Shown: one piece after another, positions 36,420-45,812 of the stretch
Layout of the letters: each line of letters starts with the position of its first letter
How positions within the stretch are numbered: position 1 is the first letter of the stretch
Source: Escherichia phage ECD7
Sequence record: NC_041936.1
Length of the DNA stretch: 64,000 bases
Reading direction: 5' to 3' (one strand)
Position numbers and translations under genes: made by a program
The notes under the pieces: generated by a model
What the model saw: the letters and a program-made list of their open reading frames with translations, nothing else
The model's database searches: none
Told to the model about the DNA's origin: nothing

Positions 36420-37589
36420 TTACCAATCAATCTTATCAGCCGGAATCAGTTTCTTATAATTCCGTAGATAGTAAGTTTTCATTGAAGCCAGAATACGGTC
36501 ATAATCAAGACCATCAAATGCAATCATCAGACACATGAAAATATATGATTGTGCATCACCATGTTTACGTGATTCGATAGTCGCATTGGATGCATATGTC
36601 TTTCTGTCTTCTCCCGCGTGTGCGTTATAAAATTCTGTTGCTGTCGTAAAGGCATTGCGAAGAATGGACCTGAATGCTTCCTCGAATAGCTCGATTCGTT
36701 CCAGTGCTTCCGGTTCGCCTTCATATGCAGCACGCAAATCATCGGTTTCGCTTTCTACGACATAGTAGATCAGGTTATTAGGAAACATCGATGTGTTTTT
36801 AATGTTATGCACACCAATATACCATTCACTCTTCACCTTGAACATTTGACCGTCTTTAGTGCGTGCAACAATTCCTTCGATACCTTCTGCGGTCCGAACT
36901 TCATCAAGAATATTGCTAAAACGCGCTGAATCAACCTGTAACGCATTTACCAGATGAGGACGTAGGATTGCGTCAGAAAATAGCATTTGATGCGGTACGT
37001 ACTCTCCTGTGACGTTATGGCGTACATTCAGAAGTGTTAGCGACGGTTCAGAATATTCTACAACAATTCGGTTGCTGGGTGCTGTATATTCAAAGTTGAA
37101 AGTATAATCAGATCCAATATCGGCGATCTTAGCGCGTAGATCCGCATACTTCTCTGAATACAGAAGACCGTTTGCTCTCTCTGCCTGGCTTGAGTACAAG
37201 GCCGCTTTAGACTTCAACTGAACATAGCCGTTATCAATGTATGTGCTTACTAGACTACCGTCCATTTTGTCCATGACCATTTCCACATCTTCCGGCTTAA
37301 AGCGAGCGCGATCATTCTCACCTAAATTAAAAAACTTCTCCATAGGACGAGATGCAATGCGGACAGGTCGGTCTTTATCATCGATTTCAAACATGATCCC
37401 GCGACACTCTAACGCATCTGGTTTATTCCACATTTCCGGTTTGCTCAAGTACAGATAACTAAAAATGCGCATACGGGTTTGCATCGCCGTAATTTCATCT
37501 TTGTAATAGAACGTATCAGATCCGTCACATAGTGTCATCAGATTTTTGAACAATGCTAAAACTTTTTTGTTGTTTTCTTTTGTTGACAT
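36420..37589 (-). CDS. rnlA: RNA ligase 1
   Basis: adenylylation motif KMDGSLVS; LECRGIMFE...PVRIASRPMEKFFNL colinear with recalled T4 RnlA. Confidence 0.9.
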   Translation of the reverse strand: MSTKENNKKVLALFKNLMTLCDGSDTFYYKDEITAMQTRMRIFSYLYLSKPEMWNKPDALECRGIMFEIDDKDRPVRIASRPMEKFFNLGENDRARFKPEDVEMVMDKMDGSLVSTYIDNGYVQLKSKAALYSSQAERANGLLYSEKYADLRAKIADIGSDYTFNFEYTAPSNRIVVEYSEPSLTLLNVRHNVTGEYVPHQMLFSDAILRPHLVNALQVDSARFSNILDEVRTAEGIEGIVARTKDGQMFKVKSEWYIGVHNIKNTSMFPNNLIYYVVESETDDLRAAYEGEPEALERIELFEEAFRSILRNAFTTATEFYNAHAGEDRKTYASNATIESRKHGDAQSYIFMCLMIAFDGLDYDRILASMKTYYLRNYKKLIPADKIDW

Positions 37590-37986
37590 AATTTGTGTTC
37601 CACTCTGGTTTAAATTTGGTGATCAAAACAGGTTCTTCGATATCGGCAGTGCTTATAATATCCTTACCTGTTGGATTTTCTATGTACAACTCAAAGCACT
37701 GGCGGTAATAGAATGTTACTGTCTTCCCTTCCTCTAGCGCCTTATGAATATTCTTACTCTTGCGAGTATCCGCCGTTGGTGTCTGTCTGTTAATGCTAGT
37801 CCGGTAATAATTGATCCGCTTTCTGAGATTAACAGTCTGACCAATGTATACCAGTTCATCATCAACCGCAATAGCGTAAAGAACATTTAAACGGTTCTTC
37901 TGAGGCGGTAGAATCACATCACCATCTTTACACTCTAAACATGAATATTTAACGAATCCATAGTTTTCTATTAGCTCATTAATCAT
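37525..37986 (-). CDS. denA: endonuclease II (GIY-YIG)
   Basis: VLYAIAVDDELVYIGQTVNLRKRINYYRT nearly identical to recalled T4 DenA; C-terminal extension overlaps the rnlA start. Confidence 0.85.
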   Translation of the reverse strand: MINELIENYGFVKYSCLECKDGDVILPPQKNRLNVLYAIAVDDELVYIGQTVNLRKRINYYRTSINRQTPTADTRKSKNIHKALEEGKTVTFYYRQCFELYIENPTGKDIISTADIEEPVLITKFKPEWNTNYVNKRKQQKSFSIVQKSDDTM

Positions 37987-38003
37987 TATCCTTTCCTCAC
38001 GTC

Positions 38004-38030
38004 ACAACAAAGGCGGGATTTCTCCCGCCC
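38004..38030 (-). terminator. rho-independent terminator
   Basis: GGCGGGA/TCCCGCC hairpin with A-rich run on plus. Confidence 0.5.
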
Positions 38031-38036
38031 ACCTTA

Positions 38037-38435
38037 TTAACTTTCCAGAATATCGCGAGCTTCGTTACGCTCCTTGATGATTTTCAGGACAAATTCCAGT
38101 TTTTCTTTGTTCAGTGTTCCGTTTTCCATTGCTTCTTTGACGGTAAACACTCCGCCACCTTGCCCGTATACAGTGACAGTGATTTCACCTAACATCGTGG
38201 TATGAAAACCGCCAATTTTCGGTGATTCGAACGAAACAATCACCTCGCGGACAGTATTACCGTCGTTGATTTCTGAGAGGGTAATGTCGTTTTTGTAGGC
38301 GGTTGCCTTAACCATACGGATCAGCATAGTCTGATCTGGGGAGATGGTCATTTTGTCCATTGCATGTTGCAATGCAGCGTAACCGAAAACTTTAACGAAG
38401 TCCAGAACGTCTTTGCGAGTTTGAAATTTAATCAT
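38037..38435 (-). CDS. hypothetical protein (132 aa)
   Basis: ORF behind a palindromic promoter-like element. Confidence 0.5.
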   Translation of the reverse strand: MIKFQTRKDVLDFVKVFGYAALQHAMDKMTISPDQTMLIRMVKATAYKNDITLSEINDGNTVREVIVSFESPKIGGFHTTMLGEITVTVYGQGGGVFTVKEAMENGTLNKEKLEFVLKIIKERNEARDILES

Positions 38436-38476
38436 CTTGATACTCCTTAGTAAGTTAGTTTCGTTTCGATGGGGGT

Positions 38477-38505
38477 ATATTACTACCCCCGTTCCATGCT
38501 GTCAA
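38477..38505 (-). promoter_or_regulatory. promoter-like element with stem-loop
   Basis: minus TTGACA then GGGGGTAGTAATATACCCCC palindrome; -10 approximate. Confidence 0.4.
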
Positions 38506-38724
38506 CTACTTTTTAATGACAAGTTCGAATTTTGCTACCTTGCGTCCTCGTTTATTGAAAGCAACCCACGGACGGGTTTCAATGTAGAACAATTCTTCAC
38601 CAATAATGAATACTGGCTGATTGTAAAGGCGACCCATCAGGTCACGCTGGCGAATGGTAGTAGATTCGTATACTTCGCCTACTACAAAGTGTTTGCTGAT
38701 AGAGTCGGTGCAGATAAATTTCAT
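38506..38724 (-). CDS. small hypothetical protein (72 aa)
   Basis: ORF behind the promoter at 38758-38786. Confidence 0.45.
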   Translation of the reverse strand: MKFICTDSISKHFVVGEVYESTTIRQRDLMGRLYNQPVFIIGEELFYIETRPWVAFNKRGRKVAKFELVIKK

Positions 38725-38757
38725 TTTGATTCTCCTTTGTTTCGTTTCGATGGGAGT

Positions 38758-38786
38758 ATCTTACTACCCCCGTTATTCAGTGTCAA
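38758..38786 (-). promoter_or_regulatory. promoter-like element with conserved stem-loop
   Basis: minus TTGACA - 17 nt - TAAGAT within a GGGGGTAGTAAGATACTCCC-type palindrome. Confidence 0.4.
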
Positions 38787-38794
38787 CTACTTTT

Positions 38795-39013
38795 TTACTT
38801 GTTGTATTCATTCCACCATTGGGTGAGCTTATCAATTATTTTTGTGTTTCTATCCAACTTATCCCACCGTTTTCGAGGGTTTATCAACCGGAATAGGTAA
38901 GGTGTACTTGTTAAGTGGACTCGGTCAATATAGTGATTGATGTACTGTTTTTCGATTCTAAGTTTCATCTTTTTACGATGAAAATATGCAATAACTTGTT
39001 CTTCTGTTTCCAT
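38795..39013 (-). CDS. small hypothetical protein (72 aa)
   Basis: ORF behind the promoter at 39038-39066. Confidence 0.45.
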   Translation of the reverse strand: METEEQVIAYFHRKKMKLRIEKQYINHYIDRVHLTSTPYLFRLINPRKRWDKLDRNTKIIDKLTQWWNEYNK

Positions 39014-39037
39014 ATGTTCCTCCGTTTCGATGTGCGT

Positions 39038-39066
39038 ATTATGCTATGGCAAGATCCGATTGTCAA
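39038..39066 (-). promoter_or_regulatory. sigma70-like early promoter
   Basis: minus TTGACA - 17 nt - CATAAT. Confidence 0.5.
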
Positions 39067-39075
39067 CGCCCAATA

Positions 39076-39102
39076 ACAAAAAAGTCGCCACTATGGGCGA
39101 CT
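39076..39102 (-). terminator. rho-independent terminator
   Basis: AGTCGCC/GGCGACT hairpin with A-run on plus. Confidence 0.55.
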
Positions 39103-39113
39103 TTGAACAAACA

Positions 39114-39590
39114 TTAATCATGACCGTGATTGGCAATGTCCGCGCGTGTCTTATCTTTGTGATTTCCTACGTCAAAGACACGATAGCCGTTTTCTCTAAG
39201 AACTTTAATCACTTCTGGGTTATCCTCAAAGACTCCGACAACTTCATCTTTATCAAAGGATTTAATTACCTCTAATTTGATGTGATAGTCTTTACGGGAA
39301 TCATTGCGACCTCTCATAAAGATTTTATCGAAACACACATCATTAGCGATCAGCCATTCCACCGTTTCTATGTAAGCATGTGAACTTCGTCCGGTGAGGA
39401 TGTAAATCAAATGCCCGTTGTCGGAAAGAGCATTAATAACACGGATTACATCGTAAATGGGGGAATCTCCCCCACATGCCTTGTTATATTCGATCCATGA
39501 CTCGACTTTATCAAGATTTTCGGTTGGCATCTTTGCTAGTCGATGTGTTGGATCTGTGATCGTAAAATCTAAATCGACAAAATATATCAT
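39114..39590 (-). CDS. HAD-superfamily phosphatase-like protein
   Basis: N-terminal DLDFTIT (DxDxT) HAD motif; coupled downstream of nrdB. Confidence 0.45.
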   Translation of the reverse strand: MIYFVDLDFTITDPTHRLAKMPTENLDKVESWIEYNKACGGDSPIYDVIRVINALSDNGHLIYILTGRSSHAYIETVEWLIANDVCFDKIFMRGRNDSRKDYHIKLEVIKSFDKDEVVGVFEDNPEVIKVLRENGYRVFDVGNHKDKTRADIANHGHD

Positions 39591-40747
39591 AGATATTTCC
39601 CGAATCGGTTGTAGTCATCGTCTGTTAAATCGGTATTAACCTGAGATACCAGATACATAATCTCTACTTCTTGCGCCGCGTTTTGAACTTCGTCAGAGTT
39701 TAACCACTTACGCATCCACGGTAAAGGATGACGACGAACACTAAACGGGCTTTTCAGTCCGGCAGCACGCATACGGGAATCTGCCAGGTATTCTACATAG
39801 GTTTTCAGAATTTCCGGTGACAGGTTAGGAATTGCCCCCATTGCGAATAAGTGGTCTACCCATTCTTTTTCTTGCTCGACAACATCCAGAAAGATTTTCG
39901 TTGCTTCGTCTTCAAGTTCTTCCGCAATCTGTTTCCACTCATCACCGTCAGCCCCCGTTTGCCATTGACGAATAATGTATTGTGTGCCTTTTAAGTGAAG
40001 TTGTTCATCACGCGCAATAAATTTCATGATCTTCGCGTTACCTTCAAGTAAACCACGTTCGGCAAAGCTGAAAGTACATGCAAAGGAAACATAGAAACGG
40101 ATTGCTTCCAGTGCATTAACGCAGTGTGCACACAGATAAATCGAAGCCATCAGATCTCGTTTTGTATCTTCAAAAAATCTTCTTGCATCATCTAATGCTG
40201 TCTGGTCGTCTCGTTCTTCCCAATAGCGGAGATCTTCTTTTGCATTCTCATACTTACGAATCCAATAAAGAACATCGTCATAGTATTGCCCGATAGATTC
40301 CGCTCGCTTCATGATAGCAGGGTTATCGATGATCTGGTCAAACTCACTAGCCGGATCAATAAAACAGTTACGCATAATGTGAGTATAACTGCGGCTATGA
40401 ATTGTCTCGCTGAATGTCCATGTTTGCAACCATGTATCGAGAGTCGGATCAGATACAATTGGACCAAATGCTGCGGACGGTGCGCGACCTTGAATAGAAT
40501 CAAGCAATGTCTGATACTTCAAGTTTTCTGTAAAGAAACGTTTTTCAACATCGCCCATATTCAGATATTGAATGCGGTCGGTTGCAAGTGAAATCTCTTC
40601 TGGACGCCAGAAAAATGACAATTGCTTTTCGATCAGTTCTTCAAATACTTGATGACGCTGAATATCATAGCGAGCGATACCCAACCCACTACCCAGAAAC
40701 ATCGGTTCGTTCATAATATCAACATGTTCGCGGTTAAATACGCTCAT
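39587..40747 (-). CDS. nrdB: ribonucleotide reductase small subunit
   Basis: 386 aa (T4 NrdB about 388); diiron-ligand style E..H pattern; position after nrdA; no intron-sized interruption. Confidence 0.85.
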   Translation of the reverse strand: MSVFNREHVDIMNEPMFLGSGLGIARYDIQRHQVFEELIEKQLSFFWRPEEISLATDRIQYLNMGDVEKRFFTENLKYQTLLDSIQGRAPSAAFGPIVSDPTLDTWLQTWTFSETIHSRSYTHIMRNCFIDPASEFDQIIDNPAIMKRAESIGQYYDDVLYWIRKYENAKEDLRYWEERDDQTALDDARRFFEDTKRDLMASIYLCAHCVNALEAIRFYVSFACTFSFAERGLLEGNAKIMKFIARDEQLHLKGTQYIIRQWQTGADGDEWKQIAEELEDEATKIFLDVVEQEKEWVDHLFAMGAIPNLSPEILKTYVEYLADSRMRAAGLKSPFSVRRHPLPWMRKWLNSDEVQNAAQEVEIMYLVSQVNTDLTDDDYNRFGKYL

Positions 40748-40762
40748 TAATTCACCTCACTA

Positions 40763-40930
40763 TCACTTTTTAACACAAAAGAACTTAGTATTTCTGTTTA
40801 TTTCGATATCCTGTTGCAACTCCTGCACGGCTTCAAAACAACTTTGATGTGATGAAAACTCTACGCTGGTAACAGTTCCTTTATTATATGACCCGACACT
40901 AACGGAAAGCAATAACCATAATGTAGCCAT
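40763..40930 (-). CDS. small protein MATLWLL... (55 aa), tandem paralog
   Basis: shares MAT(L/V)WLL...SS(V/I)EF...Q.C...F.C with the adjacent ORF; TAATG coupling. Confidence 0.4.
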   Translation of the reverse strand: MATLWLLLSVSVGSYNKGTVTSVEFSSHQSCFEAVQELQQDIEINRNTKFFCVKK

Positions 40931-41103
40931 TAGTTCACCTTCTGCTTTTCAATGCAATACAGATTCATAAAGCGTTTATTGTCTTCGCGTATAATCTCGC
41001 GAGCTTTAACGCAATCCTGCTTTGTTGCAAATTCAATGCTTGACATATTTCCGTAATTATACATTGAATTGCTTATTGCAATCAATAACCATACAGTAGC
41101 CAT
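40930..41103 (-). CDS. small protein MATVWLL... (57 aa), tandem paralog
   Basis: see paralog; hydrophobic N-terminus. Confidence 0.4.
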   Translation of the reverse strand: MATVWLLIAISNSMYNYGNMSSIEFATKQDCVKAREIIREDNKRFMNLYCIEKQKVN

Positions 41104-41270
41104 TATCCGACAACCTCAAAACATTTATCATCAGGAAGAATAGCCCATTCTACGCCGTATTCATCCTTAACGTAGTAGCAAGTCCCATCATGTCGAGCAT
41201 CATATTCATCACCGACAACAAAGCTATCAGCTAGTTCAAAATCTACAGCAACACATTTTAATTTGGTCAT
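41103..41270 (-). CDS. small hypothetical protein (55 aa)
   Basis: start at internal Met downstream of the promoter at 41303-41330. Confidence 0.4.
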   Translation of the reverse strand: MTKLKCVAVDFELADSFVVGDEYDARHDGTCYYVKDEYGVEWAILPDDKCFEVVG

Positions 41271-41302
41271 AATAAAATCCTCACTTGTTTTTGATGGTTG
41301 TA

Positions 41303-41330
41303 TTATAGCGGGGATTTCTCCCCGCGTCAA
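41303..41330 (-). promoter_or_regulatory. sigma70-like promoter with palindromic spacer
   Basis: minus TTGACG - GCGGGGAGAAATCCCCGC - TATAAT. Confidence 0.55.
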
Positions 41331-41338
41331 CACTTATT

Positions 41339-43582
41339 TTACAGCTTGCAAGATGAGCACTCGCTAGCGTCTTCCGTACCATCAGCACCATCACGCACGT
41401 TAGCGTAATACAGTGTCTTGAGGCCGTAATATTGAGCAAACAACATATCATCTAATACATCAGCAATATCGACTTTACCAGTCTTATAAGTGCTTGGATC
41501 GTAGGATGTGTTGGAACTAATCGCCTGATCTACAAACTTCTGCATGATCGCTGCCAGTGTCAGATAAGGCTTGTTACCTTTCTTGATCAGTGTCCAAAGC
41601 AGGTCAATAACATCAGCATTATTCTCTACGTTCGGAATAACCTGATTAAATTGCCCTTCTTTCGATCCTTTAACCGATACAATCCCGCGAGGCGGTTCAA
41701 TACCGTTTGTGCTGTTAGACACCTGAGAGGACGACTCACAAGGCATCAGCGCCGAAAGCGTACTGTTACGAATGCCATATTTTTTCAGGTCTTCGCGAAG
41801 TTCTTCCCAATCCATCTCATACACAGGATCAACCAGTTCATCTACTGTCTTTTTGTACCAGTCGATAGGCAGTTCACCGCGACCATAACGTGTTTCGTGC
41901 ATCAGTTCGCAAGCACCCTTCTCTTTAGCCAGTTGTACACTAGCCTTAATCAGAGCATATTGCAAGCGTTCAAACGTTTTATGCGTAAACTCGTTAGCGT
42001 CTTCATATGTGAAGAAATTATCCGCCAGATATGATGCAAAGTTAGTCACACCAACACCCAGAGAGCGACGTTTTTTGGCTGTCAGAGCTTGTTCTACAGG
42101 ATAATCCTGGTAATCTAACAGGTTGTCAAGTGCACGCACCATAACCATAGCAATGCGTTCTACTTCTTCCATATTTTCGATATCAAAGTTTCCTAAAACA
42201 TATGCTGCCAAAGTACATAGGCTGATCTCTGAATCATCACGACCCATCGGTTTTGTTGGCAGAGCAATTTCACAACACAGGTTAGATTGTTTAATCGGTG
42301 CTACATTACGAATAAACGCCCCGTGATTGTTCATGTTGTCTGTGAACGCTGGATAGATTCGACCAGTGTTAAAACGTTCAATTGCCACCGCTAAAAACAG
42401 GTCTTCGGCTTTAACACGAGTTTTACGAACACTCGGATCTTTTTCCAGTTTTTCGTAAAGCTGGCGGAAACCTTCCTCATCTCGGAAGTACAGATCCCAC
42501 AACAAGCCACCTGCAACATCTGGACTAAACAGAGTAATGTAATCCCGTTTGAGGAATCGCTCTACCATCAGGTTATTAATCTGTACGCCGTAATCAAGAT
42601 GACGAATGCGGTTATCTTCTACCCCTTTGTTGTTCTTCAACACAATCAGACTTTCAAACTCTAAATGCCACATTGGGTAATAGAGAGTCGCCGCCCCGCC
42701 ACGAATACCGCCTTGTGAACATGACTTAACGGCAGTCTGAAAATGTTTCCAGAATGGGATAACGCCAGTATGACGAACTTCACCATGCCCGATCTTAGAT
42801 CCTTCCGCACGAATCATGCCAGCGTTGATACCGATGCCAGCACGCTTGCTAATATACTTGATGATTGCATTTGCGGTTTCATTAATACCCTGCAATGAAT
42901 CATCAGATTCGATCACCACACACGAACTAAATTGGCGTGTTGGGGTACGCACACCAGCCATAATCGGAGTAGGCAGAGAAATTTGCTTATTAGCAACAGC
43001 ATTATAAAAATCAATCACATGTTCAAGTCGATTTTCTGTCTCTTCTTGATGTAAGCACATACCGATCAGCATATACGCAAATTGCGGTGTTTCAATGATT
43101 TTCTTAGTGCTGCGATCCTGAACAAGATATTTCTCTTTTAACTGCATCGCACCAGCATAGGTCATTTTAAAATCAAGTTTATGGTCGATGAATTTCTCCA
43201 GATATTCCACTTCTTCACGGGAATACTTTTGCAGAATTTCGCGATCATATTTTCCGGTTGCAATATTACGCTCAATATGGCTATAAAAATCAATAGGTTG
43301 GAATTGACCGTATACTGATTTACGAAGCGCGAACATTGCAAGGTTACTTGCTACATATTGATAATCAGGTGTTTCTACAGTAATGTTATCTGCGGCGACC
43401 TTAATCAATACTTTCTGGATATCATTGGTAGACATACCTTCTGTCAGAAGTGGTTCAACCATATCAAATAATTCATATGGGTCAACGTTATGACCTTCGG
43501 CTGCCGCTTCCAGAATTTTCATTACTTTTTCTTTTTCAAACGGAACAGTCAGACCGGAAGACTTAACAACATTTTTAATCAT
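41339..43582 (-). CDS. nrdA: ribonucleotide reductase large subunit
   Basis: 747 aa; ATP-cone N-terminus; catalytic region NLCCEIALP; C-terminal CSSCKL-type redox tail. Confidence 0.9.
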   Translation of the reverse strand: MIKNVVKSSGLTVPFEKEKVMKILEAAAEGHNVDPYELFDMVEPLLTEGMSTNDIQKVLIKVAADNITVETPDYQYVASNLAMFALRKSVYGQFQPIDFYSHIERNIATGKYDREILQKYSREEVEYLEKFIDHKLDFKMTYAGAMQLKEKYLVQDRSTKKIIETPQFAYMLIGMCLHQEETENRLEHVIDFYNAVANKQISLPTPIMAGVRTPTRQFSSCVVIESDDSLQGINETANAIIKYISKRAGIGINAGMIRAEGSKIGHGEVRHTGVIPFWKHFQTAVKSCSQGGIRGGAATLYYPMWHLEFESLIVLKNNKGVEDNRIRHLDYGVQINNLMVERFLKRDYITLFSPDVAGGLLWDLYFRDEEGFRQLYEKLEKDPSVRKTRVKAEDLFLAVAIERFNTGRIYPAFTDNMNNHGAFIRNVAPIKQSNLCCEIALPTKPMGRDDSEISLCTLAAYVLGNFDIENMEEVERIAMVMVRALDNLLDYQDYPVEQALTAKKRRSLGVGVTNFASYLADNFFTYEDANEFTHKTFERLQYALIKASVQLAKEKGACELMHETRYGRGELPIDWYKKTVDELVDPVYEMDWEELREDLKKYGIRNSTLSALMPCESSSQVSNSTNGIEPPRGIVSVKGSKEGQFNQVIPNVENNADVIDLLWTLIKKGNKPYLTLAAIMQKFVDQAISSNTSYDPSTYKTGKVDIADVLDDMLFAQYYGLKTLYYANVRDGADGTEDASECSSCKL

Positions 43583-43649
43583 ATTACCTCACTTCATATT
43601 TTAGCAGGAACAAGTTTATCCTCCATAACGGGGCTTTCGCCCCCTTTGT

Positions 43650-44882
43650 TTATACTGCCATTTGAGCGGTGATCGCTGGATGGCTTTGATAGTTGTGAAT
43701 TTTAAAGTCTTTCGGAGTCTTTGTCAATACCTCATCTAAAGATTTAAATTCCGGCAACTCAATTGTTGGTTTATCAAACGGAACACGGTTTAACTGTTCC
43801 ATAACTTGATCAAAATGGTTTTTGTAAATGTGAGTATCTCCGCCGGAGAAAATCAGTTCACCAACTTCAAGGTCGCACATTTTCGCTATGATGTGAGTTA
43901 ACAGCGCATAGCTGGCGACGTTAAAGGGCAAGCCCAAAAAGCTGTCTACGCTTCTCTGAAACCACATGCAAGATAGTTTACCTTCATTGACGTAGAATTG
44001 CACGAAAGGATGACATACACCTAATACAGCATTATGTGTTCCTTGTACGTTCCATGAGTCAATAATGATCCGGCGATCCGTTGGATTGTTTTTAATTTGT
44101 TCAATCACGTTTTGTAACTGGTCTTCCCAAATCTTCGGGCGATAGACATATTCTTCATCGTCTTTAGTGCTCGATGTGTCTACGTCCATACTAGCAAAGA
44201 TCGTGGTATCTGGTGCTAAAATATCCCCACCCAGATAATCACTATCAAGCAGATAACCGAAATAACCATCATCTACCCATTCCTGGAATCCCCACAAGCA
44301 ATATGCATCATTAACAAAATTAGATTGAGTCTTCCAGTGGTCTGCTACTAAGAATAGATTATATTCAGAATCAAACTCTTCATAACGCATACCACGCCAG
44401 ATAGCACATAAACGGTCTTCTGTTTCATTGGTTGGCGTAAAGTCTTCTACCCACGGGTGCTTAAATGTATGTGTATATTTGCTCTTAACGCGCTTAATTT
44501 TGACTTCCCCGTGTGGATGAATCGGTTTGCGTCGCCACGCCATACCATACATATTGCCAACATTATAGCCGTTGAATCGTAGCGGATTCTTTTCTTTCAT
44601 ATCAAGACAGTTGCCGCGCCAAATGTCGAAGGCTTCTTCGTCAAACCGACCGCGTGTAATTTCCTGTAAGCGACGGCGGTCAAGTGATCCCTCCATAAAC
44701 CATAGCAACTCGCCAATTACAGAGGCTGTAGCCATCTTTTTAGTGGTCAGTAATGGGAAACCCTTGCTTAAATCAATTCGCATCTCTGCGCCGAATTTAG
44801 AGAGCGTACCTACCCCCGTGCGGTCTTCACGAGGCCAGCCATTATCAAGAACATCACGCAACAGTTTCAAATATTCTTTCAT
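43650..44882 (-). CDS. td: thymidylate synthase with large internal insertion
   Basis: DRTGVGT, LLWF, RRIIIDSWN, VCHPF, QRSVDSFLGLPFNVASYALLTH and C-terminus PKDF..NY.SHP....MAV match TS/T4 Td; about 120 extra residues between MAWRRK and DQLQN. Confidence 0.85.
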   Translation of the reverse strand: MKEYLKLLRDVLDNGWPREDRTGVGTLSKFGAEMRIDLSKGFPLLTTKKMATASVIGELLWFMEGSLDRRRLQEITRGRFDEEAFDIWRGNCLDMKEKNPLRFNGYNVGNMYGMAWRRKPIHPHGEVKIKRVKSKYTHTFKHPWVEDFTPTNETEDRLCAIWRGMRYEEFDSEYNLFLVADHWKTQSNFVNDAYCLWGFQEWVDDGYFGYLLDSDYLGGDILAPDTTIFASMDVDTSSTKDDEEYVYRPKIWEDQLQNVIEQIKNNPTDRRIIIDSWNVQGTHNAVLGVCHPFVQFYVNEGKLSCMWFQRSVDSFLGLPFNVASYALLTHIIAKMCDLEVGELIFSGGDTHIYKNHFDQVMEQLNRVPFDKPTIELPEFKSLDEVLTKTPKDFKIHNYQSHPAITAQMAV

Positions 44883-45123
44883 CCCACATCACCTTTTTCT
44901 TGTTGATTGCTTTCTTACGCAGTTTTGCTACTGTCTCGTCAATATTGATAAAGACAACGCCCGGATCGAATACAGTAACAGGTCTTGAAATATCGCTATT
45001 TTCCTGTACTGGAAGCCATGATGCTTTAGCTTCATCATAGAGATATTGTAAACCGTAATAATCTACGGCTACTGCGTAGTTTTCACTGGTAGCCGTCCAT
45101 AATTGAATAATACCGACTTTCAT
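44854..45123 (-). CDS. hypothetical protein (89 aa)
   Basis: ORF between frd and td; start at internal Met. Confidence 0.4.
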   Translation of the reverse strand: MKVGIIQLWTATSENYAVAVDYYGLQYLYDEAKASWLPVQENSDISRPVTVFDPGVVFINIDETVAKLRKKAINKKKVMWDERIFETVA

Positions 45124-45216
45124 TATTGTTCCCGTCCGCAATGTAAACACCGACTACCAGCAAACATCAAAGATTCACCACAATGTTTGCACTCATAATC
45201 TGTCAGAATTTTCATG

Positions 45217-45798
45217 TTACGCCTTCTTACGTTCTAAAATTTGTTCGCTGATCAGGTAATTATCAAGGAAGTAATTATGTTCTTCTTTTGTTGCAAAGTC
45301 AAAATATAATTCCTGAATCATTTCCTTAGAGATACCAACATCATATTCAAATGGATCGTTGACCCCTGAACGTTGAACATACGTTAACACAATACGGTCC
45401 GCAAAGTCAACTGCTTTTTCAATCAGGGAAGGTCCACCGATAACACTTACCAAACCTTGCGTTTTCTCCAGGACTTTTAACAGATCCTTTAATTCGTCAT
45501 CATTAGTAATTGCGGTATACACATCTGGTTGGTCGCCGTTTTTTGTTTTCGGTTCTGGCTTGCTGGTATCGGTGCTAACAACCACATTCAAACGTCCCCA
45601 AAGTGCTTTAGGCAGACTTTCAAAGGTGTTACGTCCCATTACTACCGCAGCAAAATCAACATCGCCAATAGTGCGGATTTTAAAGTTTTCCATATCCTTT
45701 TTGATTGGACGATCCCACGGTAAACCGCCTTTAAAACCAAACGCCCAATTTTCATCTGACATTTTAGTGTTGCCAATCGCAAATACACATTGAATCAT
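45217..45798 (-). CDS. frd: dihydrofolate reductase
   Basis: FGFKGGLPW...MGRNTFESLP DHFR-like N-terminal motifs; position upstream of td as in T4. Confidence 0.8.
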   Translation of the reverse strand: MIQCVFAIGNTKMSDENWAFGFKGGLPWDRPIKKDMENFKIRTIGDVDFAAVVMGRNTFESLPKALWGRLNVVVSTDTSKPEPKTKNGDQPDVYTAITNDDELKDLLKVLEKTQGLVSVIGGPSLIEKAVDFADRIVLTYVQRSGVNDPFEYDVGISKEMIQELYFDFATKEEHNYFLDNYLISEQILERKKA

Positions 45799-45812
45799 AA
45801 TATAATCTCCTA

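Noticed and set aside
43650-44882. Intein or group I intron in td
   Set aside because: The insertion is in frame with no stop codons and lacks intein boundary residues (no N-terminal Cys/Ser and no C-terminal His-Asn followed by Cys/Ser/Thr). No intron-sized non-coding interruption is present in td or nrdB.
45123-45215. 30 aa zinc-ribbon-like micro-ORF (MKILTDYECKHCGESLMFAGSRCLHCGREQ) between frd and the 89 aa gene
   Set aside because: Plausible (CxxC..CxxC, TAATG coupling) but too short to support without conservation or expression data; not listed as a feature.
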